A stretch of DNA of 64,000 bases from Candidatus Omnitrophota bacterium (GTDB lineage Bacteria > Omnitrophota > Gorgyraeia > Gygaellales > Profunditerraquicolaceae), in NCBI GenBank assembly GCA_025453395.1, contig JALOQK010000002.1:346509-410508 (forward strand), in the 5' to 3' direction. Shown piece by piece: positions 1-10,364 of this stretch; position 1 is the stretch's first letter, and the number at the start of each line of letters is the position of its first letter. The notes under the pieces are model-generated. The model was not told where the DNA came from and made no database searches. It saw nothing but the letters and a program-made list of their open reading frames with translations. Made by a program: the position numbers and the translations under genes.

Positions 1-402
1 AAAAACTTCTGCTGAAGCGTAAGCCCCGATTGAACTTGTATAAACAACTTTCTTCACTTTATTAAGCCTTGCTGCCTCCAAAACATTAGTGTTAAACATC
101 AAAAGCGGAACAAAAAAGCTAGCCGGCTTCTTCTTAGTAACATCAATTGACCCTTTTATACCTGCCAGATGAAAAACAAAATCCATGTCCTTGGTAAGCT
201 CTTTACATAGATTAAAGTCTGTCAAATCGCCTAAAACATGTTCAGCCCTATCGTCAACTCTTAGCTTATCCAAAGAAACAATCTTAACCCTGGAACCATT
301 GTCACATAAAATCTTAACTACCTGCCTGCCGATAAGCCCTGTGCCACCGGTGACCAAGACATTCTTTTTATTGAAAATTTTTAAAGTATCCGCTTTAATC
401 AT
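1..402 (-). CDS. NAD-dependent epimerase/dehydratase (GDP-L-fucose synthase-like), 3' end runs off window
   Basis: Not in ORF track; manual translation from ATG at 402 gives MIKADTLKIFNKKNVLVTGGTGLIGRQ...VFHLAG...VVYTSSIGAY (extended SDR GxxGxxG). Confidence 0.85.
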   Translation of the reverse strand, partial: MIKADTLKIFNKKNVLVTGGTGLIGRQVVKILCDNGSRVKIVSLDKLRVDDRAEHVLGDLTDFNLCKELTKDMDFVFHLAGIKGSIDVTKKKPASFFVPLLMFNTNVLEAARLNKVKKVVYTSSIGAYASAEVF

Positions 403-405
403 CAG

Positions 406-1188
406 CTAAAAACTTCTCCCTTCCGAACCATCTACTGCAATAGATGCCCCGTTAACTAAACTGGATTTCGCTGAACAAATAAAAACCACTACATCCGCCA
501 CCTCTTCAGGTTTTCCCAGCCTGCCTAAAGGAAATTTATCATCCAGCATGATCTTAAATCCAGCAGGATCATTCTTTTTTTGGGCTTCCCAGCCTGTATC
601 AGGGATCATTATGCATCCAGGGGCAACGCTATTAAAAGTTACCCCATCCCTAACAATCTCCTTTTTTAGCGAAAGATTCTTTATCAATGTTGTCTGAGAA
701 GTCTTGGCAATATTAAACCATGGCCTGCCGCCAGCTTCCCTACCATAGAGAGAAGTGATATTAATCACCCTTCCCCATTTCTGCCTTCGCATATAAGGAA
801 CCGCCAGCTTGATAAAGCGGATAGAACTTAAAACATTCTTATCATAAACTTCCTGCCAGACTTTCTCATCCGTAGCAATGGCGTCTTCCTGCCCCCATCT
901 GCCTCCTCCACCAACATTATTAACCAAAATATGCAACGTACCCCATTTCTTTATAATCTTATTAAACACCCGATTGACATCTTTTTTAATTGTAACATCT
1001 GCTTCAATAGCCAGATAATCCACTCCCTTAGATTTTAATTTTTCCCGCATCCCGCGTACACGCGAGGCTGTGCGCGAACACACTGCAACATTACACCCTT
1101 CATCAGCTAATCCCAGAGCTATTGCTTCACCAATCCCATGGGTTCCGCCTGTAACTAAAGCATATTTATTCTTTATACCTAGATTCAT
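406..1188 (-). CDS. Classical SDR oxidoreductase (FabG-like)
   Basis: TGGTHGIG, LVNNVG, FNIAK in place of YxxxK, NSVAPG, PLGRLGKPEEVA; start trimmed to MNLGIK. Confidence 0.85.
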   Translation of the reverse strand: MNLGIKNKYALVTGGTHGIGEAIALGLADEGCNVAVCSRTASRVRGMREKLKSKGVDYLAIEADVTIKKDVNRVFNKIIKKWGTLHILVNNVGGGGRWGQEDAIATDEKVWQEVYDKNVLSSIRFIKLAVPYMRRQKWGRVINITSLYGREAGGRPWFNIAKTSQTTLIKNLSLKKEIVRDGVTFNSVAPGCIMIPDTGWEAQKKNDPAGFKIMLDDKFPLGRLGKPEEVADVVVFICSAKSSLVNGASIAVDGSEGRSF

Positions 1189-2117
1189 TATTTTAATATC
1201 CTCCATACGAGCAGATTATACCCATCCATAAATAAATTCCCGAAGAATAAACGTTTAACTTTGATAATTTCAATTCTTCCTTCTTTTTCTAGCTCTTGCA
1301 ATCTTGATAAAAAACCCTGGGTATACCCTCGTTTTTGATGAAACTTAACAGCAAGGTAATCTAATAGATTATCGTTATCATATAATTCAATAATCGGCTC
1401 ACTATGTACGCATAGTCCGGGGCGGTTTCGTAAAAGATACTGTAGAAAATCCTCAAATTTTCCCGCTAATTGCTCAATAGAACCAATTGTGAAAATTAGG
1501 CTATTTTCTTGAATCTTAAAACTTTCTGTGGGATTAATCATATCAAAAATATTACCCTTCAATCTTAGGTTATGGGCCTGACCTATTTTATTAACTAAAT
1601 CTACTGACGATTGCACAAAATCCGTGCCGTATAGATTCTTGTCTGGGTATAGCTTCGAAAGGGCAACTAAATTAAAGCCGGTTCCGCATCCAAATTCATA
1701 TATATTCCTGAAATCTTTAAAGTAAGTCATAAAAATCCATTCCCTAAAAACATTATAATAATTAAATTCAAAGTCTTTGTTAACCGAACGAATATAATTC
1801 TGCTTATAACGCATTATCTTGTTCGGCTTGATAAATCTCGGAACCAACATTTTCAAATCATAACCGCTATCAATAAAATCCTTTAGATTTTCGCCCCAAC
1901 CGTTATTCCAAGTCTCTTGACGTTCTTTAGCACCAATAGTTTGCCTGTCGGCCTCGATCTTCATTAAAACTTCTAATATAACATGATCCCTACTGTCTCC
2001 ATCAATGATCTCATAATCAAAATCAACACCATTGATTATATGGCCACATTTTCTCGAGATATCTTCCGAGGTAGTGCCTAGTGAATCAGCAAAATCATCA
2101 AAACCTACTTTTGGCAT
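1188..2117 (-). CDS. Class I SAM-dependent methyltransferase
   Basis: IYEFGCGTG motif I; sugar-cluster context. Confidence 0.75.
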   Translation of the reverse strand: MPKVGFDDFADSLGTTSEDISRKCGHIINGVDFDYEIIDGDSRDHVILEVLMKIEADRQTIGAKERQETWNNGWGENLKDFIDSGYDLKMLVPRFIKPNKIMRYKQNYIRSVNKDFEFNYYNVFREWIFMTYFKDFRNIYEFGCGTGFNLVALSKLYPDKNLYGTDFVQSSVDLVNKIGQAHNLRLKGNIFDMINPTESFKIQENSLIFTIGSIEQLAGKFEDFLQYLLRNRPGLCVHSEPIIELYDNDNLLDYLAVKFHQKRGYTQGFLSRLQELEKEGRIEIIKVKRLFFGNLFMDGYNLLVWRILK

Positions 2118-3052
2118 TTTCTTAACTCCTTAAGGACTATTTTACTTACAGTTTCTTGATCTAAGCCATACAGCTGATCTAACCACTCTCTTGTCCCATA
2201 ATCAAAACACTGCTTATCTTCTAAGGCAATCCGTTTCAGAGTAATAGCCTTGCGATTATCGGATATAAGTTCGCTTATAATAGTGCCGATTCCTCCTACA
2301 ATAGAATTCTCTTCAATAGTAATTAGATACTTTGCCCCCTCAAAGCATTTCAACAGCGCTTCTCTGTTTAAAGGTTTTAACTTATATAAATCTATTAATC
2401 CAACACTTAGATTATTTTTCTCCAGCGTTTCCGCTAATTTTACCGCTTCTTTAGTAATAAACCCGGTACTAATAATATTGACCTCTTTAAGAGGCTTGAT
2501 TATTTTAAAGCCCGTAGAATAATCATAATCCTTCTCATATAAATTCGGGAATTTACCTTTATCCAGCCTTACATAGACTGGACTATTGGACTGATATGCA
2601 ATCTGCGCGCAACTGGCAGATAACGTACTATCGCTGGGATTTAAAATTGTTATCTCGGGCAATATCCGCATAATCGCAATATCATCAACAGCATGGTGTG
2701 TGGGGCCGTCAATACCAGAACCAAATCCCGCTCCTAAGCCAATAATAGTAACCGGCAAATTCATACTACAGATATTAACTTTAATATGTTCAAGACAGCG
2801 CAAAGTGACAAAGGGAATAAGCGCTAAAATAAAAACCTTTTTACCGCTTAATGCTAACCCCGCGGCAACAGCAATCATGTTCTGCTCAGCTACGCTGGCA
2901 TTAATAAACTGATCAGGAAAATCTTTCTTGTAGTCCCTTAAAACAAAGGAATCGGCATCCGCAGTGATAAAGATCACATCCTTATCTTTCATTGCAATGT
3001 TGTATATTTCTTGAAAAAAAGCGTCTCTAATGTCCATATCAGCTAATGACAT
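2105..3052 (-). CDS. Transketolase, C-terminal subunit
   Basis: VAEQNM, DGPTHH, YVRL, IEEN..GG motifs. Confidence 0.9.
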   Translation of the reverse strand: MSLADMDIRDAFFQEIYNIAMKDKDVIFITADADSFVLRDYKKDFPDQFINASVAEQNMIAVAAGLALSGKKVFILALIPFVTLRCLEHIKVNICSMNLPVTIIGLGAGFGSGIDGPTHHAVDDIAIMRILPEITILNPSDSTLSASCAQIAYQSNSPVYVRLDKGKFPNLYEKDYDYSTGFKIIKPLKEVNIISTGFITKEAVKLAETLEKNNLSVGLIDLYKLKPLNREALLKCFEGAKYLITIEENSIVGGIGTIISELISDNRKAITLKRIALEDKQCFDYGTREWLDQLYGLDQETVSKIVLKELRKCQK

Positions 3053-3054
3053 AA

Positions 3055-3876
3055 CTAAATCTCCCGCTCTAATTCTCTTTTGGCCAGTTCAAATTCTTCT
3101 CTACTGGGTATGCTATGATGCCATTTAATCCCGTTCTCCATAAAAGAAACTCCCTTACCCTTAACCGTATCAGCAATAATAATCAACGGCTGCTGGAGTT
3201 GTTCTAAATGATCAAAAGCGGATAATATCTGGGGGAAGCAATGCCCATCTATATTAATAGCCTTCCAGCCGCAGGCTTCAAATTTGCAGTCTAATCTTCC
3301 TGAACCGTCATCTTCTTCTATAACATCAGTGACTGATAATCTGTTACGATCAATAATTCCGATAAGGTTATTTAGTTTGTGCTTACTGGCAAACATTGCG
3401 GATTCCCAAATGGAGCCTTCAGCAGATTCACCGTCACCAATAAGAAAAATGGTTTTATACTTTTTTGCGTTCATCTTTGCCGCTAATGCCATGCCCGCTG
3501 CTATACCTACAGCATGCCCCAATGAACCGCTATTATATTCTACCCCGGGAGTGCTAATGTTAAGTTGGCCGCCTAATTTACTTTTATTCTTAGCAAAATT
3601 TTCTAATTCAGATGCGTCCAGGAAACCCAAATCAATCCATATATGATAAAAAGCTAAACAGGCATGTCCTTTACCAACCACAAATCTATCCCGGTCTTCC
3701 CATCTTGGATGTTGAGGGTCAACACGTAGTATTCCTGCGTAATATAGGCCCACCAAGATATCTATACAGGAAAAGGTGCCGCCCAAATGCCCCTTACCGG
3801 CCAGCATAATCGATTCTAACACCTGCTTACGCACCCAATTCGCCTTCATTTTAAGAAAATTAATTTTATTTTGCAT
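3055..3876 (-). CDS. Transketolase, N-terminal ThDP-binding subunit
   Basis: GHLGG, DRDRFVVGKGH, GSLGH, GDGE..EG..WE, TVKGKG. Confidence 0.9.
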   Translation of the reverse strand: MQNKINFLKMKANWVRKQVLESIMLAGKGHLGGTFSCIDILVGLYYAGILRVDPQHPRWEDRDRFVVGKGHACLAFYHIWIDLGFLDASELENFAKNKSKLGGQLNISTPGVEYNSGSLGHAVGIAAGMALAAKMNAKKYKTIFLIGDGESAEGSIWESAMFASKHKLNNLIGIIDRNRLSVTDVIEEDDGSGRLDCKFEACGWKAINIDGHCFPQILSAFDHLEQLQQPLIIIADTVKGKGVSFMENGIKWHHSIPSREEFELAKRELEREI

Positions 3877-5590
3877 TAAGCATCCTTATATCGTCTTTAA
3901 TAGATTCAATAATTTTCTGATTTCGATCACAGACCACCTCAACGAAAATCGGTCCAGGCCTTAACATTATAGACTTTAATTTCCGGCGAATATCCTGATG
4001 CCTATCGATACGGGAATATGCCAGGCCAAAAGCATCAGCAACTTTTCTCAGGTTCAAAGTTTCCACTCCACTGGCAGAATCTGAGCCAATATACCTTGAA
4101 GAACAAACATTATCCTGGGTATTACGAATAGAAACATAGCCACCGTTATTAATTACGAATAACTTAATGTTAAGCCCATAGTAAGAAACTGTTTTTAATT
4201 CCTGTATATTTAATTCTAAGGAGCCATCTCCGGTTATTGCCAAAATCTGTTTATTATTGTCAGCGACACTGCATCCTATAGCTAAAGGAATAGCTAAACC
4301 CATAGAAGCAAATGCCCCGGATGTAATTTCACGTTGGCCGTCTTTGAAAGTCAGGGCCTGGCCTGCAACATAATATGAAGAGCCAGCGTCACTAACAAAT
4401 ATGTCATCCTTTCCGGACAGTTTGTCCAGCAGATCAACAAAATAATATAAATCTATGGGATTTTTCTTATGTTCAGCTCTAATCAAAGGATAGCTATCTT
4501 TGTATCCCTGACATTTATCCATCCAATCCTTATATAAGGGGAGTTTCTTGCCTTTAATTCTAGCGAGCAACTCTTTAATAAATGTGCCTGCATCAGACAG
4601 TATAGGCAAATCGATTGGTACTCCGGGTTTACTTAATTCCGCTTCATCTATGTCAACAACGGCGATTTTAGATTCAGGCGAAAACGCGTCAAAGTTGATT
4701 CCAACAAACTGCACGCTTAAACGACATCCCAAACTTAAAATAAAATCACTTTCCTTCATAATAAAACCCGTATACCTTAATCCCTTTATGCCGCCATGGC
4801 CAAAATTATTTTTATGCGAATACTCAAGAATGTCTTGCCCCATACGAGAGAAAATAATCGGAACATCTAATGTTTCTAGCAATTCTCGCAGATGTTTAAC
4901 AGCATTGGCAATACGCACACCTTGACCTGCAACAATGAGCGGCCTTTTTGCTGAACGTAAAAGCTCGATTACCTTATCAGCTAAAAGGCCAATTTTATTA
5001 TCTACAATAATGCACTGCTTAAGATTAGGTGGTTTATACCCAGCAAGTTTATTTTCATCCACCTGTGCTGACTGCACATCTAATGGAATATCAAGCCAGA
5101 CTGGCCCAGGACGTCCATCTTTTGCCAAATAAAACGCTTTTTCTAAATGGTATCTTATCTCTTCAGGATGATTGACCATTACCGCGTATTTGGTTATTGA
5201 CTCAACCACTTTGATAATATTTAGTTCTTGAGTGCCAAACGTCCTTAAATTATCAATACCGATGTTATATGTTGCATGGTTGCTTTGGACCTGTCCAGAA
5301 ATAACCAAAACAGGGGCAGAATCAACCCATGCCTCTGTTAATCCGGATACCGCGTTGGCTCCTCCGGGGCCGGTAGTAACATATACAACGCCTATATTGC
5401 CGGTAATTTTAGCATAAGCCTCTGCCATCATCGGAGCACTTGCTTCATTTCTAACGCAAATGGCTTTGAGTTTCTTATGACAGGCCACCCCATCATCAAG
5501 AAAGATTGATCCCCCGCCAGAAAGCATAAATACATGCGAAACTTTATGTTTGTATATGAACTTTGCTATATAATCTGCTACTCTAATCAT
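3866..5590 (-). CDS. ThDP-dependent acetolactate-synthase-like carboligase (YerE-like)
   Basis: RNEASA, TTGPGGAN, GRPGPVWLDIPLDVQ, GDGS...NNGGY. Confidence 0.85.
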   Translation of the reverse strand: MIRVADYIAKFIYKHKVSHVFMLSGGGSIFLDDGVACHKKLKAICVRNEASAPMMAEAYAKITGNIGVVYVTTGPGGANAVSGLTEAWVDSAPVLVISGQVQSNHATYNIGIDNLRTFGTQELNIIKVVESITKYAVMVNHPEEIRYHLEKAFYLAKDGRPGPVWLDIPLDVQSAQVDENKLAGYKPPNLKQCIIVDNKIGLLADKVIELLRSAKRPLIVAGQGVRIANAVKHLRELLETLDVPIIFSRMGQDILEYSHKNNFGHGGIKGLRYTGFIMKESDFILSLGCRLSVQFVGINFDAFSPESKIAVVDIDEAELSKPGVPIDLPILSDAGTFIKELLARIKGKKLPLYKDWMDKCQGYKDSYPLIRAEHKKNPIDLYYFVDLLDKLSGKDDIFVSDAGSSYYVAGQALTFKDGQREITSGAFASMGLAIPLAIGCSVADNNKQILAITGDGSLELNIQELKTVSYYGLNIKLFVINNGGYVSIRNTQDNVCSSRYIGSDSASGVETLNLRKVADAFGLAYSRIDRHQDIRRKLKSIMLRPGPIFVEVVCDRNQKIIESIKDDIRMLNAK

Positions 5591-5636
5591 AGGAATGCCC
5601 TCTTAAAGATCATTACTCCCAAGACAATCATTTTTG

Positions 5637-6806
5637 TTAACTAATTCCCGCATGGAATCTTTTCATTTTATCCAACGCTTCTTCGATTGCAGAAAAAGAT
5701 AAACTTGCATAACATAGACGGATGAACCCTTCGCCAAACCTACCAAAACAATTACCAGGCAAAACACATACCCCTGCACAAGCAAGCAATTTATCTGAAT
5801 ACTCTTCAGAAGTCATTCCGGTATTTTTAATATTTGCAAAGGCATAAAATGCCCCCTCTGGAGACAAACATGAGACACCCGGCAGAGAGTTTAATCCTGA
5901 AATCAGCAAATCACGACGTTGTTTTAACACCTTAACCCTCTGCTCTACAAATCCCCGGTCTATTGATAATGCGGTTATGCCTGCACTTTGAGTAAACCCA
6001 GGCAGGCATGAAATTATAGTCTGTAAAAGCAACCCCATTTTCCCTATAAGTTTTTCCGGACCCACAGCATATCCCAGGCGCCACCCTGACATTGAATAGA
6101 CTTTTGACAGGCTATTCAATATAACTGTCCTTTCACGGCAACAATCTACAACAGAAGGAGAATAATGTTGGGCATTATAAATTAATCGTGAATAAACCTC
6201 ATCGGTTAAAAGATAGATATCTTCTTCTGCTGCGATCTTAGCGATTGCCAGAATTTCATCTTGCGACATAACCGAACCGGTAGGATTTTGGGGTGAATTA
6301 ATAATAATTAACCTTGTTTTATCCGTAATATTCTTCCGCACCGCGGCAGGGTCCATCTGAAAAAGATTTTCTTCCTTAAGTTGTATACCTACTGGCTTCA
6401 TTCCATTATAAACAATTACTGAATGGTAAGTTGGAAAACCAGGATCGGGATAAATAATCTCATCCCCAGGATTGGCTACGCAGCGCACGGTAAAATCAAT
6501 TATAGCATTTGCCGGACAAACCAATACTTGGTTAACATCTGGTGTAAATCCGTAGTTGGTTGTTATGTATTCTACAATTGCCTGCCTGAATTCCATCATC
6601 CCCATAGAGTTGACATAATGAGTCAAGCCACCGTCCAGCGCCTTCTTAGCCGCATTAATAACATTATCCGGTGAGCTGAAATCCGGATCACCAATCTCTA
6701 AATGAACAATTCTGCTCCCGGACCTTTCCATTTCTCTGGCCTTGGCAAGCAACGCGAACATTGGCTGTCCAATAAGTTTATTTGCTATCTTAGATAATTT
6801 CCTCAT
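5637..6806 (-). CDS. PLP-dependent class I/II aminotransferase
   Basis: NSPQNPTG, DEVY, SLSKVYSMSGWRLGY. Confidence 0.9.
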   Translation of the reverse strand: MRKLSKIANKLIGQPMFALLAKAREMERSGSRIVHLEIGDPDFSSPDNVINAAKKALDGGLTHYVNSMGMMEFRQAIVEYITTNYGFTPDVNQVLVCPANAIIDFTVRCVANPGDEIIYPDPGFPTYHSVIVYNGMKPVGIQLKEENLFQMDPAAVRKNITDKTRLIIINSPQNPTGSVMSQDEILAIAKIAAEEDIYLLTDEVYSRLIYNAQHYSPSVVDCCRERTVILNSLSKVYSMSGWRLGYAVGPEKLIGKMGLLLQTIISCLPGFTQSAGITALSIDRGFVEQRVKVLKQRRDLLISGLNSLPGVSCLSPEGAFYAFANIKNTGMTSEEYSDKLLACAGVCVLPGNCFGRFGEGFIRLCYASLSFSAIEEALDKMKRFHAGIS

Positions 6807-6830
6807 AATGTTTTTATTAGTCTATGATAA

Positions 6831-7871
6831 TTAAAACGGACCCTTAAATCTTTTCTCATGGCTATAAAATTCTATACCCTCCAAGCTTACAGGTTTTAGG
6901 CCCAGCATATCTTCGACTTCCCTAATAATACTTTTAGCATTGGGATAGAATTCGTTTTCTAGATGCCTGGCCGTAGGGCAAGGAGTACGCGCGAAACCAA
7001 TTCTTTTTACCGGAGCTTTAAGATTATTAAAGCACTTAGAGGACACCAACGCCGCCACTTCAGCACTAAAACCGCAAAACTCCCAATCATTATCAACAAC
7101 AATACATCTGCCGGTTTTTTCAACCGAAGCCATAATTAAATCTTCATCCAATGGAACGATTGTCCGGGGATCAATTATCTCAACACTTGCTCCGGATTTT
7201 GCTAATATTTCTGCCGCAAAAATGGCTTCTACGTTCATCCATGAAGTTGCAACGATTGTAACATCAGAGCCTTTGCGTAGAATATTTCCTTTCCCAAAAG
7301 GTATAGTGTAAGATTGCTCAGGCACGTTTTCTTCCTGCCAATAAAGCCAGCGATGCTCAATAAAGATCACAGGATTATCATCCCGAATAGCAGAGATAAG
7401 CAGCCCCTTAGCATCAGAAGCAGTAGTTGGAAGAACAACTTTTAGCCCAGGAATATGCGCAAAGGTTGAATACATGCTCTTACTATGTTGAAAACCTTGC
7501 CCCCATCCGCGCCCAATTATTCCCCGGATTACCATCGGCACTTTCAGTAATCCACAGGATGAATAGTTGTGGCTAGAAAGCATGTTCGCAATCTGATTAA
7601 ACGCTAAAAGCATAAAATCAATTCTAATATGTATATGTACGGGACGCATACCGTTAAGTGCGGATCCCAAACCAAAACCAGTCATAGCATCTTCGGATAG
7701 AGGTGTATCAAAACAACGTTTCTCTCCAAAGCGCTCTACAAGCCCTGCGGTAGACCCAAAAATAGCCTTATGATCAGGAACTCCGATGCCATAGACAAAA
7801 ACCTTATCATCTCTCTGCATCTCCTGAATCATTGCTTCACGCAAAGCATCGCAATAGCTAATTATCCTCAT
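6831..7871 (-). CDS. 2-oxoacid dehydrogenase E1 beta-like subunit
   Basis: DTPLSE, QHS, DAKGLLISAIRDDNPVIFIEH, IDPRTIVPLD; start trimmed to MRIISY. Confidence 0.9.
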   Translation of the reverse strand: MRIISYCDALREAMIQEMQRDDKVFVYGIGVPDHKAIFGSTAGLVERFGEKRCFDTPLSEDAMTGFGLGSALNGMRPVHIHIRIDFMLLAFNQIANMLSSHNYSSCGLLKVPMVIRGIIGRGWGQGFQHSKSMYSTFAHIPGLKVVLPTTASDAKGLLISAIRDDNPVIFIEHRWLYWQEENVPEQSYTIPFGKGNILRKGSDVTIVATSWMNVEAIFAAEILAKSGASVEIIDPRTIVPLDEDLIMASVEKTGRCIVVDNDWEFCGFSAEVAALVSSKCFNNLKAPVKRIGFARTPCPTARHLENEFYPNAKSIIREVEDMLGLKPVSLEGIEFYSHEKRFKGPF

Positions 7872-8826
7872 TAAAAACCCCTTTATGCAGCTGATCACTG
7901 CCGCTCACTGCCGCTTTTTTCGCATTCTCAATTGCTGATACAATATTTTTTGACATTTCGCTTTCTATTTTACGAATGCTGCATTCATCAATACCATTTC
8001 TCAAAAGTTTCAACCGTTGCATAAACACCGGATCTTTTTTAAACCATTTCTGAAACTGCTTCTTGCTTCTATATCCAGCATCAAAATCATAGTTAATCCC
8101 CACGTGCTCCAGATAACGATAATATTTAAAATTCATGAAATACGGCCGGGGTTTCTTTCGTACTAAAGTAATGGCATTGGAAACAAGATTATAAATTTCT
8201 TCTACATCTGTTGTATCACTTTCAATAACCCCACAATGAAACTTTTCAATAATCTGAGTTATTGAATCATATCCTCTGCGCTTTTTTGCAAAGGTATGCA
8301 CGGCAAGCTCATTGTCTTCGCACACAAAAATTACCGGTATCCGCATTAAACTAGCGAGGTTGATACTTTCCCAAAAACCACCTTCGTCTGTGGCCCCATC
8401 TCCAAAAAATACAACTACAATTCTTTTATTCTTATTTATCTTATTTGCCCAAGCACACCCCACAGCCACAGGAATATGAGCCGAAACAATCGCCGATGTG
8501 CCCATAAAACCTTTATTTGGCAGGCATAAATGCATAGACCCGCCTTTACCTTTTACAGAAGATGTATCCTTGGCATACATTTCAGAGAAAAATTCTCCCA
8601 CATCTGCGGTTTTGGCAAGAAAACCTGCGTGAGACCTATAAGTAGTAAAAATCTGGTCTGCATTATTTAGGGCGTGACAAACCCCGGCAGCAATCGCCTC
8701 TGCGCCCATCGACATATGCATAGGGGTTTTCATCTCATCTTCAGGATAATATTCTCTAATCTGCTCTTCGGCAACGCGGATTAAGTACATTTTTTTATAC
8801 AACTGAATATTTAAATCTTTACGCAT
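7858..8826 (-). CDS. 2-oxoacid dehydrogenase E1 alpha-like subunit
   Basis: TYRSH, GKGGSMH, FFGDGA...CEDN, YRYLEH. Confidence 0.9.
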   Translation of the reverse strand: MRKDLNIQLYKKMYLIRVAEEQIREYYPEDEMKTPMHMSMGAEAIAAGVCHALNNADQIFTTYRSHAGFLAKTADVGEFFSEMYAKDTSSVKGKGGSMHLCLPNKGFMGTSAIVSAHIPVAVGCAWANKINKNKRIVVVFFGDGATDEGGFWESINLASLMRIPVIFVCEDNELAVHTFAKKRRGYDSITQIIEKFHCGVIESDTTDVEEIYNLVSNAITLVRKKPRPYFMNFKYYRYLEHVGINYDFDAGYRSKKQFQKWFKKDPVFMQRLKLLRNGIDECSIRKIESEMSKNIVSAIENAKKAAVSGSDQLHKGVFNEDN

Positions 8827-8847
8827 TCGAATTTTCCCCTAAACTTA

Positions 8848-9858
8848 TTAACGCGTTAAAAACTGCCTTCCTGATTTTACCCTATCTCTCCAATAATCAA
8901 GCAAATCCTGCATAGTTTTTTCAAAAGGTATCTGAGATTCCCAACCTGTGTGAGCTTTAAATTTCTTGGTATCAGGAACCTGCAAATCTGCATCTAAAGG
9001 CCTCAGCCTGGATATTTCTGTCTGAACCTTGATATTCTTAACAATAGAGATAGAAAGTAAATAGTTAAGCATTTCTCTTATCGTGCAAGTATATGTGCCA
9101 CCGATATTGTAATATTCTCCCGGTATCGGGTTTATCGTTACTAACATAAAATATGCCCTCACGGCATCCCGGACATCTGCCCATGTGCGCAGAGAATCTA
9201 AATTGCCGGTTTTTAATATCGGGGGGATCATCTTCTTTTCAATCATAGCGATTTGTTTTGCAAAGGTAGATTCAGCAAAAACATCTCCCCGGCGGGGCCC
9301 TGTATGGGTAAACATCCGGGTAACAATAATTTTTTGGCCATATGCCTCGGCATGAAACCGGCCCACCAAATCCGTGCCAGTTTTTGAAATAGCGTAAGGT
9401 GACGCGGGATGAAAAGGACATTCTTCATTTATTGGTAATTTTTCTTTGGATACTCTTCCAAAAACCTCAGATGAAGAGCATATATGAATAATTGGGTTAA
9501 TACCAGAACATTTTCTCAACACCTCAAGCAATCTTTCAGTCCCCAATATATTTGTATCCAAAGTTTGAATGGGAGAACTAAAACTTGTAGTTGGATAGCT
9601 TTGCGCGGCCAGATGAAATACATAATCCGGCCGACTCTCATCAACAGCATTTTGCAACGAAATATAATCGCACAAATCACCATATATAAAATACAGGCGG
9701 TCTTGCTTATTAGCCCGATGAATAAGATGCTCAACGTTTTCCAAAGAACTGCGCCAACGGCACATACCGTAAATATCCCAATCTGTATTCTCTAATAAGA
9801 AATCAGCCAAATGGGAACCAACCATTCCGGTAATACCGGTAATTAATGCTTTTTTCAT
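8848..9858 (-). CDS. gmd: GDP-mannose 4,6-dehydratase family protein
   Basis: ALITGITG, HLAAQS, SSSEVFG, SPYAISK, GNLDSLR, RLRPLD. Confidence 0.75.
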   Translation of the reverse strand: MKKALITGITGMVGSHLADFLLENTDWDIYGMCRWRSSLENVEHLIHRANKQDRLYFIYGDLCDYISLQNAVDESRPDYVFHLAAQSYPTTSFSSPIQTLDTNILGTERLLEVLRKCSGINPIIHICSSSEVFGRVSKEKLPINEECPFHPASPYAISKTGTDLVGRFHAEAYGQKIIVTRMFTHTGPRRGDVFAESTFAKQIAMIEKKMIPPILKTGNLDSLRTWADVRDAVRAYFMLVTINPIPGEYYNIGGTYTCTIREMLNYLLSISIVKNIKVQTEISRLRPLDADLQVPDTKKFKAHTGWESQIPFEKTMQDLLDYWRDRVKSGRQFLTR

Positions 9859-9959
9859 TGGTTACCTTTCATATTGCCTTAAATTTAAAGACTCTTTTCC
9901 CTGTTCTCCATAATTCTGATTACCCTGCTCCATTATTACCCTCCTTTTGCGCTCTTCTC

Positions 9960-10286
9960 TTAAGAAGATTGACTAACCGTTTCAAGCTCCTTCTTTAGCA
10001 GGTTGTATTCTTCTTCTCTTCTTTTCAGGAAATGTTGCAGCAGGCGCAGTTTTTCTTCTATCCCTTTTTCTGTAAGAAGATAATTGATTTTTTTGAGTTT
10101 TCCGGGGTTATTTGTGAAGTTTTTGGCTTTAATCAACCCCTTTTTGATAAGCTCCTTAAAGAGGTAATTGGTCTTGCCTAAAGATATGCCTAATTTGCGG
10201 GAAATCGCGCGTTGCGTGGCAGAGGGATTTGTTTCTATCTCTCTGATAATATAAAGGTTATCTTCCTTTAATAATTGTTCAGTCAT
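9960..10286 (-). CDS. MarR-family EPS-associated transcriptional regulator
   Basis: TQRAISRKLGISLGKTNY winged HTH, YLLTEKG; heads a polysaccharide cluster. Confidence 0.85.
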   Translation of the reverse strand: MTEQLLKEDNLYIIREIETNPSATQRAISRKLGISLGKTNYLFKELIKKGLIKAKNFTNNPGKLKKINYLLTEKGIEEKLRLLQHFLKRREEEYNLLKKELETVSQSS

Positions 10287-10295
10287 TGAACGTTT

Positions 10296-10323
10296 ATTAT
10301 AATCTCTAAAGAGAAAATGTCAA
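10296..10323 (-). promoter_or_regulatory. Sigma70-type promoter, near-leaderless, for the MarR regulator
   Basis: TTGACA (10323-10318), 16 nt, TATAAT (10301-10296); ATG 10 nt downstream. Confidence 0.65.
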
Positions 10324-10364
10324 GGGAAAAAAGTCAAGGAAAGTCAGGAAATATGATGTGTTTT

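Noticed and set aside
6831-8826. Housekeeping pyruvate dehydrogenase
   Set aside because: No E2/E3 genes adjacent; embedded in a nucleotide-sugar cluster.
9863-9934. 23-codon ORF MEQGNQNYGEQGKESLNLRQYER with an AGGAGG RBS between the MarR gene and gmd
   Set aside because: Too short to assign; could be a gene remnant, but nothing supports it.
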